Below the pieces are notes generated by a model. It saw nothing but the letters and a program-made list of their open reading frames with translations. It was not told where the DNA came from and made no database searches. Position numbers and translations under genes: made by a program. Positions 1-10,022 of a stretch of 29,198 nt of DNA are shown one piece after another (positions within the stretch are counted from its first letter, which is position 1; every line of letters starts with the position of its first letter). The stretch comes from a virus (taxonomy: Duplodnaviria; Caudoviricetes): positions 1 through 29,198 of IMG/VR virus record IMGVR_UViG_3300024305_000002. The stretch is one strand, 5' to 3'.

Positions 1-360
1 TCATTGAGTAACCTCAGGACGTTTAATATCCTGGTCTTCTTCGAAATGACGTTTTAGTAATGCCATGAAATCTTGAATGAAGTTAGTTATACCATCTTCT
101 CCATATTTATCTTCATATAATTGAACTAAATCATTTATAGTACGTGCAAATGTTGGAACAGTTTGTTTTAAACTTAATGCTTTACCATCAAGATAAGTTT
201 CAACAACGATGTACGCTAATGGAAATACAATAACTCCAATCTGGCCAATCAACATCACTGACTCATTATTCTCACCATAAAGAATTGCTAAGATTGAAAA
301 TATTAGACCTCCTAATTGGATTAAAAACTTGCGAGATGTAAATTTCTTTAGAACTTCCAT
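1..360 (-). CDS. Holin-like membrane protein (119 aa; start revised to ATG 360)
   Basis: SD GAAAGGAG before ATG 360. N-terminal KKFTSRKF, two hydrophobic helices, charged C-terminus. Lies after the tail genes. Confidence 0.65.
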   Translation of the reverse strand: MEVLKKFTSRKFLIQLGGLIFSILAILYGENNESVMLIGQIGVIVFPLAYIVVETYLDGKALSLKQTVPTFARTINDLVQLYEDKYGEDGITNFIQDFMALLKRHFEEDQDIKRPEVTQ

Positions 361-370
361 AGTTCTCCTT

Positions 371-652
371 TCAATTAAAAAAGTCCCTAAGGACTTCGAT
401 TTTATCGATAACTTCTTTTGGTAATGATGCGATGATTTTAATCTTATTCTCAGCTCTAGCTTTCCATATATAGAATGCATTAATGCTACTTAATTCTACC
501 CAACTTGCTAAAACTACATTTGAGAAAGCCGACATATCTCTTTCAAACATAGATCCAGTAAATAGAGCAATCGTTAATATAACAGCTAAGAAATAACTTA
601 TTCTTACTAACTTTTTACTAAACTCATTCTGGGATGATATCTTCGTATCCAA
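371..652 (-). CDS. Small two-TM membrane protein of the lysis module (holin/antiholin-like); start probably TTG 652
   Basis: EFSKKLV, two hydrophobic segments and FYIWKARAENKIK. AGAAAGGA/AGGA upstream of TTG 652. The start is uncertain. Confidence 0.55.
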   Translation of the reverse strand: MDTKISSQNEFSKKLVRISYFLAVILTIALFTGSMFERDMSAFSNVVLASWVELSSINAFYIWKARAENKIKIIASLPKEVIDKIEVLRDFFN

Positions 653-1994
653 TCGATCCTGGTGTCCTTTCTCCACGTACCATGGCAATATAATCAACTA
701 ATCGACCACGACCAACCTTACCTCCAGAATCAACTGAGAAGGTTGTTGTGAATCCACTCTTTCCAAAGCTATGAGATATTTCAGTGATTAAACCCAATTC
801 AGTTGTTCCATCTTGATCAACAATACTAGCTCCATCACCAATTAATAAAAATGGTCTAAATGGTCCAGTAAAGCTTTCAACTTTACCAACACTTTCTAAT
901 CGAGCAGCAATTGATTCAGCAATGTTCGTTGCATTAACCAATGTTGTTCCTTCAGGGACTTCAACAAACAAGGTCTTATTCGATTGAAGATTCCAACCAG
1001 CATACGATTGTACATCACGATACACTTCAACGACCCATTTATTATCGTGAATACACACCTTCTTATAGGAAGATTCATCATCTCTTCGAATACTTCTACT
1101 GAAAATATCTTTATTTCTTAGGAAAGTAAATGTTGATCTACTTGGAAAATAACTGTATTCAAGGTCACCAATAATAATTTGACCATCAAGTGACTCCTCA
1201 ATCTTCCAAGTAACCATTGTTTTTAATATCTCATTTATAGCACTTAGAACATCTTTATCAGCTGTAAATTTAAATGACCGTTGATTTGCTTCATATTGTA
1301 TTTGGTATTGATCTTTGGTCAAATTAGCATATTCGAGTAACTCTTCAAAAATACCACTTAATGTTTTATAAGTTATATCTTTATGATTGTTTAACGTTTG
1401 ATCTTTTAGTGCTTTGCCAATTAGATTTCTTCCATCTACCTGGACAGATTCTGATAAAACTGAGTAATCAGAATGATCAATATAGAATGTACCCATATCT
1501 ATCTCATCTTCATCACCTAGAGCAAATTTAAAGATTATTTTTGCACCTGGTGAGAATAAACTATTCTTCTCATTGATGGCCACATTTCCATCAAAATCAC
1601 TTGTTTCATTCTTAGGATTCTCAATTGATAAATTAAATGAGTAAATTGGATTATCAACACTATACTGTATACTTCCATCTTTTAAATAACGATTCATATC
1701 ATGTTGAAACTCATATATAATCATCTTTTGAGTGTCACCAGCTTTATATGAACCGATTAAACCAAAACCATTCAATGTTTTTATTTCGAGTAGAGAAACA
1801 TTTGTATCTAAGCCAACTTTAATTTCATTAAGCCAATCTGGATCACTAAAATTACCTTTAAATTTTTCACTAGGTTTTCCATATAACTCACCACTTTTTG
1901 TATAAAAAACTTGTCCTTCTGTATCATAAAACTGTAAGAAATCCGGGAATGATCCATTAGCAATCACTCCCAAATTTTCAAATATTAGCTGCAT
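624..1994 (-). CDS. Tail tip/baseplate hub-like structural protein
   Basis: 456 aa beta-rich ORF at the end of the tail module. The C-terminal GDGASIVD...LITEISHSFGKSGFTTTFSV resembles hub/Tal-type ends. SD GAGGTGA. Confidence 0.6.
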   Translation of the reverse strand: MQLIFENLGVIANGSFPDFLQFYDTEGQVFYTKSGELYGKPSEKFKGNFSDPDWLNEIKVGLDTNVSLLEIKTLNGFGLIGSYKAGDTQKMIIYEFQHDMNRYLKDGSIQYSVDNPIYSFNLSIENPKNETSDFDGNVAINEKNSLFSPGAKIIFKFALGDEDEIDMGTFYIDHSDYSVLSESVQVDGRNLIGKALKDQTLNNHKDITYKTLSGIFEELLEYANLTKDQYQIQYEANQRSFKFTADKDVLSAINEILKTMVTWKIEESLDGQIIIGDLEYSYFPSRSTFTFLRNKDIFSRSIRRDDESSYKKVCIHDNKWVVEVYRDVQSYAGWNLQSNKTLFVEVPEGTTLVNATNIAESIAARLESVGKVESFTGPFRPFLLIGDGASIVDQDGTTELGLITEISHSFGKSGFTTTFSVDSGGKVGRGRLVDYIAMVRGERTPGSIGYEDIIPE

Positions 1995-2002
1995 AAATCA
2001 CC

Positions 2003-2167
2003 TCACATTACTTCAGGTTCTTGAACAGACTCTTCGATAATCTCTTCCTTTACTGGAAAATTAACAGTCTCATGTGATAATCCACAAGAAGTACACGCTA
2101 TTACATCTTTATTCGTTTCAAAATAAAATACTTGACCACAAGTGCATCTTATTTCACCATGTTTCAT
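2003..2167 (-). CDS. Small zinc-ribbon protein (54 aa, CxC...CxxC, acidic tail); start revised to ATG 2167
   Basis: MKHGEIRCTCGQ...CTSCG. SD GGAG in the last codons of the upstream gene, and ATG follows its stop. Confidence 0.7.
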   Translation of the reverse strand: MKHGEIRCTCGQVFYFETNKDVIACTSCGLSHETVNFPVKEEIIEESVQEPEVM

Positions 2168-2168
2168 T

Positions 2169-4151
2169 TTATATTTCTCCAAATTGAATAGCGAATGAAG
2201 TATCAATAACATATTGATCTGTCTTATGTACTCCATCAACAGTATAATCTGCTGTTATTACATCACCGATTAAAGGTGGAGTATCAAAAACAATTCTCGT
2301 GAATAAAATTGCTTTTAGAATTAGACTTGAAACACAAGATATCGAACCATCATTTGTATATCCAAACGAATAGCCTGAAGAATTTACATTTATACTAGAA
2401 ACTAATTTCCATTCATTATCAATAAAATCAAACTGAGCAAAAGGACTATAACCTTGATACTTTATGATAAAACTTTTTCTAACTCTTGATAATAAAACAG
2501 TTCCACCATAATATGATGTAGATATTCCTGTTGGATTCGTTAATTTTATCCAATTGGTTCCATCCCAATCATACATTACAAAATATGGTGAATTATTAGA
2601 TGTAGCAATCAAAAATAAACCATCTTGGCTTATTTCAATGCTTGCGCCCATATTTGACGCACCTGTTGGGAATGATGGAGGTGTAGATCTTTTTGTCCAA
2701 CTTGTGCCACTCCAATCATAAATTGAAATAAAAGGTGAATTATAATGTGCAACTGCAATCGTATTTCCATTATTTGCCATTCTACAATCATTTGCAGTAC
2801 TTGAAATTCCAGTCACATTAGGTCTTTTTGTCCAACTCATTCCATTCCAATCATAAACTTCTAAGTAAGGTGATCCTTGAGTTGCAAAAGCGACAACACT
2901 ACCATCATCGTTTATACATGAATCTTGAATGTTACCATTTAAGCCTGTTGTAGGCATAGGTCTTTTAATCCAAGTACTACCAATCCAATCATAACAAAAG
3001 AAAACTGTTGAATTAGGCATTAACATAATAACTTTATTATCATTACTTATTACCAGTGATCTAATCGATTGTTGAGTCGGCAATTCACTAGGTAAAGGCC
3101 TTTGTATTAAAATATCACCCACTAAATCATATGTTCTTATAAAAGGTGATCCAGTTAGTGCTACAAGTACCAAACTTCCATCATTTGAGATTGCAACCAT
3201 TTCAGCATCTGTTTCAGGTTTATATGAACTTCTAAATTGCGAAAAAGAAGATTCATTAATATAGTTTGTGACTACTAATCCATTTCTTTTAATTACAATA
3301 CTTGAATTTCTAATATTTGCAGATGGTAAATCATAGGCTTTTTTAACGCCATCTCCAACACCAATTGAAACTCCAGCATAAGATTGACCTGTAAAAATAC
3401 CGGTTGATGGTAGTTTTAAAGAAAATAAATTTGTAAACTCTAAATACTTAACGTGGCCATTGCCAACTGTTGTAGAGAATCTAGGAACATTTGTTTTCCT
3501 TTGTTTTAAAACAGTATCACTTGTCCAAGTAACATTTGCTGTTGTCCCTAGTTTAGCACTACTCAAATATGTATCATTCAAGCTAAATGCTCCCGTTGGC
3601 GCACCAGAACCACCTATTAAATAGTTCACTAATTGATTTGAGCTAGGCATACTGATATATGTTAGGTTTGCATTACTTGTATCAAATGTGACAAATACTG
3701 TTGCGTAAATTGTTACTACATCTACATCAGTTTTAACAATTGAAATTGTATTTCCTTCAGAATCTTTTAACAATGAATGAGTCACTAGATTCGTATTGGT
3801 GGATCCAAATGCTATTCCAACTTCTGATATTGTATTACCAACATATTCTTCTGGATTTAATACGATTTTTCGTTTCCAAACTGATAAAGGGATTGCTTTA
3901 ATAATTTCTTCATCTACAGCAGCTTTTGTTCCTAGATGTGTAAATAATGAAGTTCTTGATGGAGACAATGTACCTGTACCAGAGCCAAAATGAATGTTTA
4001 CGAAATATGCTAAACCACCACATAACCGAGTATACATTTGACTCAAAACAATGTTATAAGACACAAGAGACTGTTTTACTTCACCAGTGTTTTTATCTAC
4101 AATCTCAATATCAAATCGATTATGTATTTTGATATTATTCTTTATTTCCAT
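2169..4151 (-). CDS. Tail fibre/receptor-binding protein with internal beta-propeller repeats
   Basis: 660 aa, SD AAGGAG. About six repeats of the type ISxDG...SP(F/Y)xxxYDWxGxxWxKRP. Tail-module position. Confidence 0.75.
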   Translation of the reverse strand: MEIKNNIKIHNRFDIEIVDKNTGEVKQSLVSYNIVLSQMYTRLCGGLAYFVNIHFGSGTGTLSPSRTSLFTHLGTKAAVDEEIIKAIPLSVWKRKIVLNPEEYVGNTISEVGIAFGSTNTNLVTHSLLKDSEGNTISIVKTDVDVVTIYATVFVTFDTSNANLTYISMPSSNQLVNYLIGGSGAPTGAFSLNDTYLSSAKLGTTANVTWTSDTVLKQRKTNVPRFSTTVGNGHVKYLEFTNLFSLKLPSTGIFTGQSYAGVSIGVGDGVKKAYDLPSANIRNSSIVIKRNGLVVTNYINESSFSQFRSSYKPETDAEMVAISNDGSLVLVALTGSPFIRTYDLVGDILIQRPLPSELPTQQSIRSLVISNDNKVIMLMPNSTVFFCYDWIGSTWIKRPMPTTGLNGNIQDSCINDDGSVVAFATQGSPYLEVYDWNGMSWTKRPNVTGISSTANDCRMANNGNTIAVAHYNSPFISIYDWSGTSWTKRSTPPSFPTGASNMGASIEISQDGLFLIATSNNSPYFVMYDWDGTNWIKLTNPTGISTSYYGGTVLLSRVRKSFIIKYQGYSPFAQFDFIDNEWKLVSSINVNSSGYSFGYTNDGSISCVSSLILKAILFTRIVFDTPPLIGDVITADYTVDGVHKTDQYVIDTSFAIQFGEI

Positions 4152-4160
4152 GATTCTCCT

Positions 4161-5561
4161 TTATAGTGGATTACTACCAACTTTTGTCACAACGAAACTT
4201 AAATTAGAAATACTTATTGTTATATTATCTCCACTGTTTTTTGCATATAAGTAATAAACTTGTTTTGGAATAAACGTTATTGGCAGAGATATTGAAATAT
4301 TCTCAATGTCAAAACCTTCTGGAGGCGTTAATTCAGGAGTAAAGTTGAATACAAAGCTTTCTATTGCAAATCTACAACCTTGATTTAGACAATCCAATTC
4401 GAATAAACTTCGATCATATGAAATATATAAATCTCCACTAGCACTAGTGAAATTACTCATACTAAATATAATTTCTGAGTTATCGATACCAGGTATAGTC
4501 GATATAACAGCAAATGAAATATTTGTATTGTCTTTAACAATAAAAGCAGATGCAACTTGTGTTAGATCTGCATCAATTAAGTAATTAAACTTCAGTCTAA
4601 TCGTATATTCGTCTTCATTTTCCGCGCTTATAGGTAGAGGATAGATTGGTTCTGCAACATTGAACCATGGAAGAATACATGTGTTAATATTTTCATCATC
4701 TAACTTAAAATTTAAATGCGTTAAAGGAAGAACTTCAAATTTAATATCTTTAATTGATGACTTCAAGTACTCGTCTGGTGAAGCCATTCCAGCCCAATTA
4801 CGCTGAGTAATAAACCATTGAACACTACCTAAACTATTTTCAATAACAAATCCCATTCGATAATCATTTGTTATAAATAAATTCAACGAAACACCTATTC
4901 CAACAAACTCAGTTACTAACTGCTCATTTTCCCACGAATACGTACCATCGAATTGTTGACAATAACTTCGATAATTCAATGTACCATCTGATTTGATAAA
5001 TCCAACCACTATACCTTGATCTTTATCGATATATGAAGCATTCTTCCATGCACGAATCGCTTTTACTTTTGTAACATCTGAAGCTAATTGAAATTTGGTA
5101 CTGACATCATCCCAATATTGAGACCAAAGATTTCCTAGATTATCAACCCAAAAAATAAATGGTTTTTCAGAAGTAATTAATCTCCAAAGTTTTCGATATC
5201 TAACCCAATTACCATCGAATGCGATTGCTACAGCACTACCTAGCCCTAACTCAAATTGATCTTTCCAACCATCTTTTAATTTATCAGGATATTCTCGAAT
5301 AGCGGTTCTAACTAAACCTGTATCAACATGAATTTCATAAATACGATCTGGAGGACCAAAAGCTTTTAAACGTCTTCCAGCCAAACTAATATCACCTAAT
5401 CCACTTTTGCTTCTGATTGTTTCTGTTGTGAAATATGACGTATCCATAACCGTAGTTTTAGCACGTGCAATCGTCACACTCATTCTTGGATCAGAATTAT
5501 TGGCTTTAGTCTGATGTTGAGACATCAATTTATTTAATAATTCAGCTGGAATTTCTCTCAT
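4161..5561 (-). CDS. Minor tail/baseplate protein
   Basis: 466 aa, ATGA overlap with the upstream gene, two genes after the tape measure. Confidence 0.6.
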   Translation of the reverse strand: MREIPAELLNKLMSQHQTKANNSDPRMSVTIARAKTTVMDTSYFTTETIRSKSGLGDISLAGRRLKAFGPPDRIYEIHVDTGLVRTAIREYPDKLKDGWKDQFELGLGSAVAIAFDGNWVRYRKLWRLITSEKPFIFWVDNLGNLWSQYWDDVSTKFQLASDVTKVKAIRAWKNASYIDKDQGIVVGFIKSDGTLNYRSYCQQFDGTYSWENEQLVTEFVGIGVSLNLFITNDYRMGFVIENSLGSVQWFITQRNWAGMASPDEYLKSSIKDIKFEVLPLTHLNFKLDDENINTCILPWFNVAEPIYPLPISAENEDEYTIRLKFNYLIDADLTQVASAFIVKDNTNISFAVISTIPGIDNSEIIFSMSNFTSASGDLYISYDRSLFELDCLNQGCRFAIESFVFNFTPELTPPEGFDIENISISLPITFIPKQVYYLYAKNSGDNITISISNLSFVVTKVGSNPL

Positions 5562-5920
5562 AATTCTCCTATTTCATTGATATAGAATTTGAATGTACCG
5601 AAATACAGAACATTCTCTTTCGTCAATCTAGGGGTCTTTCTTACCCATTGCACTGGTTCATCAATATAACCGACATAATAATTTGAATCTTTAATTAGAG
5701 TGAATACTTCACCATTAGCCTGTCCTAAATTTATTGCATCAAACTGAATTTCATTTGTAAAAATCTCAACGCTAACATAAGGTTGAGGATCTCCAATAGT
5801 TTGAACATGGTAAGTCCCATCAAATAGTTTATTTTTGATTTTAGTTGATTCGTATTCAATTGGTGAAATTTCTTGAACATATTTTGCGATTGATACATCA
5901 GAAGAATTTTTTAATTGCAT
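5558..5920 (-). CDS. Distal tail (Dit-like) protein
   Basis: 120 aa beta-rich ORF immediately after the tape measure, TAATG coupling. Confidence 0.55.
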   Translation of the reverse strand: MQLKNSSDVSIAKYVQEISPIEYESTKIKNKLFDGTYHVQTIGDPQPYVSVEIFTNEIQFDAINLGQANGEVFTLIKDSNYYVGYIDEPVQWVRKTPRLTKENVLYFGTFKFYINEIGEL

Positions 5921-8172
5921 TATTTACGAACCTCTCTTCTGAGTCTGTCCATTAGTATATCAACCACACTTGTCATCTGACCTTGATTGTCAATACCCTC
6001 AACGCGTATCACTCCAGTATGGTTATGAACAACTTCACCTTGAGTAAATGCTGCAATCGAACTATCTGCCATTTGATATACCTGGTTATTTAATTTACCA
6101 ATCGAGTTCTGTAAACCCAATGCGAAACCTTCACCAGTAAATGCTCCAATCTTTTCGAACTCTTTAGATGGTGAATTGATATCAAGAGCTTGTTTTGCTG
6201 AATCGATTAATCCTCCAGCAATGCCTTTTATTCCATCAAATAATGATCCAACCATTGAGCTAATACCACCCCATAATCCATTTATGATATCAATACCTAC
6301 TTGAAATAGATCTATACCTAGGAATGGCTTTAAAATGTAATCATTAATCAATCCAGGTATCCCACCTCTTAAGAAAGAAAAAAAGACATTCTTAATGCCT
6401 TCCCATAATTTATTGAAGATACTCACACCTGCATTCAAGAAGTTTGTAAACATCGTACCTAATCCTGTAAACATATTAGAGAAAAATGTCGTTACAGATG
6501 TCCATATTTCACCAGCTTTAGTACTTATCCATTCCCAGTTATCAACTACAAGCTTACCAATTGCTATAACTGCCATTATTGCTATAACTACTCCACCGAT
6601 GATTGGCAACATACCAACGAATGCGGCACCAGCTGTTCCAGCCATTACTCCAGAAATAATTCCCCATAAACCGATTAAACTTGAAATAGAACTAGCTAAC
6701 ATACCAAGTATTACTAATACTGGACCAATTGCAGCTACTATCGCTAGAATTATTAGTATTGTCCGTTTAGTCGAGTCATCTAACCCTTTAAACCAAGTAG
6801 CAACGTCTTTTAATATCTGTGATAATGATTCAAAGATTGGACCAAGCGCACTCTGAATTTCTTTTCCAAGTTCTGCACCAGCTAGAGTCAAATTATTCAT
6901 TGCAACTGTTGAATTATCAATTGGATCTAATGTTGAATCGAATGTAGTTGCTGTTGATCCAGCATAACCAGATAAAGCATCAGTCATACTATCTATTTCA
7001 AATCGACCAGTTCGAATGCTTTCAGTGAATTCCACTGCAGCTTTACTTCCAAAAGTTTCAGTTGCTATTTTTAAAGCATCTGTTTCAGTTTTAGCATTCT
7101 TGATTGCATCAATCGTTTTTGTGAATTCTGTTGTTGCATCTTTTCCAGATGATGCCCAATTTTTATTTGATGTTTTTAAAGCAGCAAACACATTGTCGAC
7201 ATTCATACCAGACTTTTCAATCTGTCCAAGTAACGCAACACTCTCATCCATATCAAATCCAACTGTTCTAAGCTGTGCTCCATATTTTTCGTATGAAGAG
7301 AACAATTCATCAACTGATATACCAGTCTTTTGACTTGCTACAGTCGCAATATCGAGTAAGTCATTGTATTTACTCAATGGTTCGCCTGATGCTTCTAATG
7401 ACCTAGAAACAGTTGCTATGGCTGTGTTAACATCGATTTTATTAATCTCTGCAAATTGTAAAAAAGCTAATGAAGCATCTTCAAGCTCTTCATTAGCAAA
7501 TCCAAATCGAGTACTAACTTCACCAACTGCATCTGAGACAGCTTGTGTTTCAAATGGGAAGTTACCATATATTGAATCGAAAACTTTAGTCAATCCTTCA
7601 AGCTCTGTACCAGTTGCGCCAGTCTTAACAATAATGTTGTCATATGCTTCATCAATTGTTTTAAATGCAACAATAGCACCAGTCGCAACCGCCATAATTG
7701 GAACAGTCACATTACGAGTCATTGACTCACCCGTAGACTTCATTTTTTGGCCAACATCATCAACCTTTTTAGCCAGTTCTTCAAAATTAGCAGTGCCTTT
7801 TTCAACTTCTTTTGATACTGACTTAAGATCAACTTCATATTTAACTAATTCTGTTTTTGCACGTTCTATAGCTTGAGTTTTACGTTTAACAACATTTTCA
7901 TTTCTACCTTCTGAAGAAGAGTAATCCTCTAAATCGCGGGTTAAAGCTTTAATTTTATCTTTATGTAATGTTACTTGTTCTGAAAGGTATTTTTGCTTGT
8001 CGGCAAGTTTATCCGCAGCTTTAGTATTTTCATCATACGCAAGAGTAGTTCTTTTAAACTCATTCTTACTAATTGCTAATTGATTATTAACTTCACTTAA
8101 TGATCGTTTAAAATCAGCTACACCATCTGCAGTGAACTCAAGACCAACGCGCTTAATATCATTTTTTGCCAT
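5920..8172 (-). CDS. Tail tape measure protein
   Basis: 750 aa: N-terminal coiled coil, Ala/Gly-rich core, hydrophobic segment, periodic Trp/Phe repeats, C-terminal INSPSK motif. SD GAAAGGAG. Confidence 0.95.
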   Translation of the reverse strand: MAKNDIKRVGLEFTADGVADFKRSLSEVNNQLAISKNEFKRTTLAYDENTKAADKLADKQKYLSEQVTLHKDKIKALTRDLEDYSSSEGRNENVVKRKTQAIERAKTELVKYEVDLKSVSKEVEKGTANFEELAKKVDDVGQKMKSTGESMTRNVTVPIMAVATGAIVAFKTIDEAYDNIIVKTGATGTELEGLTKVFDSIYGNFPFETQAVSDAVGEVSTRFGFANEELEDASLAFLQFAEINKIDVNTAIATVSRSLEASGEPLSKYNDLLDIATVASQKTGISVDELFSSYEKYGAQLRTVGFDMDESVALLGQIEKSGMNVDNVFAALKTSNKNWASSGKDATTEFTKTIDAIKNAKTETDALKIATETFGSKAAVEFTESIRTGRFEIDSMTDALSGYAGSTATTFDSTLDPIDNSTVAMNNLTLAGAELGKEIQSALGPIFESLSQILKDVATWFKGLDDSTKRTILIILAIVAAIGPVLVILGMLASSISSLIGLWGIISGVMAGTAGAAFVGMLPIIGGVVIAIMAVIAIGKLVVDNWEWISTKAGEIWTSVTTFFSNMFTGLGTMFTNFLNAGVSIFNKLWEGIKNVFFSFLRGGIPGLINDYILKPFLGIDLFQVGIDIINGLWGGISSMVGSLFDGIKGIAGGLIDSAKQALDINSPSKEFEKIGAFTGEGFALGLQNSIGKLNNQVYQMADSSIAAFTQGEVVHNHTGVIRVEGIDNQGQMTSVVDILMDRLRREVRK

Positions 8173-8342
8173 ACTTACTCCTTTCTATTTCATTGTGATA
8201 ATCAACCATTTTATAAAAAGTAATAGGATCTGAACTCCAAAATTCGTCTTCAGATAGACCCATTGCATGAGCTATATATAGACATCTAGCCCAATCTATT
8301 TCGTTATCTTCAACAGATTCAACTTCTCTTGGCTTTTTTTTT
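8159..8342 (-). CDS. -1 frameshift extension of the tail assembly chaperone (gpGT-like)
   Basis: After CAA AAA AAA A (8342-8334) the -1 frame stays open: KPREVESVEDNEIDWARCLYIAHAMGLSEDEFWSSDPITFYKMVDYHNEIERSKYGKK*, stop at 8161-8159. Confidence 0.85.
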
Positions 8343-8622
8343 GGAATTTTTCAACTTCTTCTTGAAACCCAGAAATAAGTTCAAAGAAAGTATCCGTTTC
8401 ATCAATTGGAACTAATGCTAATGCATCTTCTTTAGAAATCTTTTTACCATTTGAATACATCAACGCGTAAATCATTGTAGACATCATTTCAATTTGCTCA
8501 TTGGAGTCTTCTGTTTTACTTGCCTCACTTAAATTGTGTTTGCCTTTAGCAATCATATTTAAAGTAAGCATGTTAACTTTTATCTCTAAAGTAGTACCAT
8601 CTTGTAATTTAATGAATTTCAT
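8296..8622 (-). CDS. Tail assembly chaperone (gpG-like)
   Basis: 108 aa between the tail tube and tape measure genes, with an A9 slippery run near its 3' end. Confidence 0.85.
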   Translation of the reverse strand: MKFIKLQDGTTLEIKVNMLTLNMIAKGKHNLSEASKTEDSNEQIEMMSTMIYALMYSNGKKISKEDALALVPIDETDTFFELISGFQEEVEKFQKKSQEKLNLLKITK

Positions 8623-8642
8623 ATTTTCTCCTATTGCCCTTT

Positions 8643-8665
8643 AAAAAAGGGTCGATGTGACCCTT
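8643..8665 (-). terminator. Intrinsic terminator after the major tail gene
   Basis: - strand AAGGGTC-acatc-GACCCTT followed by TTTT, just after the tail tube stop. Confidence 0.75.
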
Positions 8666-8670
8666 ACTTC

Positions 8671-9288
8671 TTATCCTTCTGGTACAGGTTCTAATGCAGT
8701 AAGCATTGCCTGATCTAATACTGGTTTAGAGAAGAATAAATCCTCTGTTAACCATAATGGATATGTAGACATATCCGACTGAACATATACTTTGATATTA
8801 CCGAAATCATCAAATGGTAATGCTGTGATCGTTAATGTATCATTCTGTTCTTTGAATGAACCTTCTGATGTTTCAACTGAATCAGTGTTTGTTGTAAGTT
8901 GACATTTTGGAAACCACTCAAATCGATGTTTTCCATTTTGCATTTTAACAACTTTACCATACGCAAAATATGGACGTTCTGTACCAGCTCCGGATAAAAC
9001 AAGACCTCCAGTTTCAACTGTTTCAGAACGCATTTTTGCTAATGTCTCAGCAACGAAGGCAATTACTTCAACACTTATTTCTGCACTTCCTTGACTAGAA
9101 ACGTTTTGAATCAATTTTCCAGAAGCATAAATTGGAGTAGCCTCAGATGATTCATTTGTTTCAACACTCTTTACAACTTCTGTCTTTTCAACATCAGCTG
9201 AATATGTTTTAGTGTCGATGTTAGTCGCAAAACAAATGTATTGAGCACCTACTGATTGCTTAATATTAGGTGTTTTTTTTGTGATCAT
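8671..9288 (-). CDS. Major tail (tube) protein, phi13-like family
   Basis: 205 aa with IYASG, RPYFAYG and WFPKCQL motifs. Precedes the chaperone and tape measure genes. Confidence 0.9.
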   Translation of the reverse strand: MITKKTPNIKQSVGAQYICFATNIDTKTYSADVEKTEVVKSVETNESSEATPIYASGKLIQNVSSQGSAEISVEVIAFVAETLAKMRSETVETGGLVLSGAGTERPYFAYGKVVKMQNGKHRFEWFPKCQLTTNTDSVETSEGSFKEQNDTLTITALPFDDFGNIKVYVQSDMSTYPLWLTEDLFFSKPVLDQAMLTALEPVPEG

Positions 9289-9298
9289 AAATTCCTTT

Positions 9299-9697
9299 CT
9301 AAAGACCTAAAGTCTTCTTCATCGTTTCTTCATACTTCTTTTGATTCTTTTCAAACATAGGAATCATATGAGGTTGTTTACCTTTTTTATAATTAAAAGC
9401 ACCAAACTCTAACATAACCCCATAGTACTTACCCCACCCAACAGTAACTTCAACACGCTTCTCATTAACTTTGTATTTAAACATATCAACAAGATGCATG
9501 TAACCAGGTTTTCTGACTTCGCGATATGGTTTGGGTAACTTCTTTAAGTCATTTACAAATTCTTTTGCACCTGCTTCTAAAGCATCAATTGCATTATCTG
9601 CAGATCTTAATGACTCCTCTAAAATCGATTCAAAATGATTAATACCCACTAAATAGTCAATATCACTGTAATCTCTTTTTTTAGGTTTCGATGCCAT
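9299..9697 (-). CDS. HK97 gp10-like head-tail/tail completion protein (start probably ATG 9697)
   Basis: VTVGWGKYYGVMLEFG...QPHMIPMFE. GAGGA upstream of ATG 9697. Confidence 0.75.
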   Translation of the reverse strand: MASKPKKRDYSDIDYLVGINHFESILEESLRSADNAIDALEAGAKEFVNDLKKLPKPYREVRKPGYMHLVDMFKYKVNEKRVEVTVGWGKYYGVMLEFGAFNYKKGKQPHMIPMFEKNQKKYEETMKKTLGL

Positions 9698-10022
9698 CGA
9701 ATAGATCCTCAAGAACTTCTATTGTAAAAGCTGAATGAACACATTTAAAATCATCAACATATTCATGTTTTACATTAGGTCGAATGCTTAAGTCTCTGAA
9801 TTTCAATAATAAAGACATCAACTTAGGATGTCTTGGCTTGTCCGCAAAAAACGATATTTGATATGTAACTACATCAGTATTAACTTCATCACTGGCTGTT
9901 TGATAATCCCAATCAATTTCCCAAAATGCTAAGTAGGGAAATTTTATACTTGGAGGAACAACACCCTCTTTGGCATCTGGCATTTCAGATTTCAATAAGT
10001 CAATCAACTCTTGTTTTGTCAT
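9681..10022 (-). CDS. Tail terminator/completion protein
   Basis: 113 aa with FPYLAF, ASD and YQISFF, in the head-tail joining cluster. Confidence 0.65.
   Translation of the reverse strand: MTKQELIDLLKSEMPDAKEGVVPPSIKFPYLAFWEIDWDYQTASDEVNTDVVTYQISFFADKPRHPKLMSLLLKFRDLSIRPNVKHEYVDDFKCVHSAFTIEVLEDLFDGIET

Noticed and set aside
624-5561. Diversity-generating retroelement or invertible tail-fibre cassette
   Set aside because: No reverse transcriptase, no adenine-variable repeat pair and no inverted fibre copies seen in the window.
6395-7876. Three long + strand ORFs inside the tape measure gene
   Set aside because: Antisense shadows of Ala/Ile-rich codons, with no SD and no protein-like motifs.
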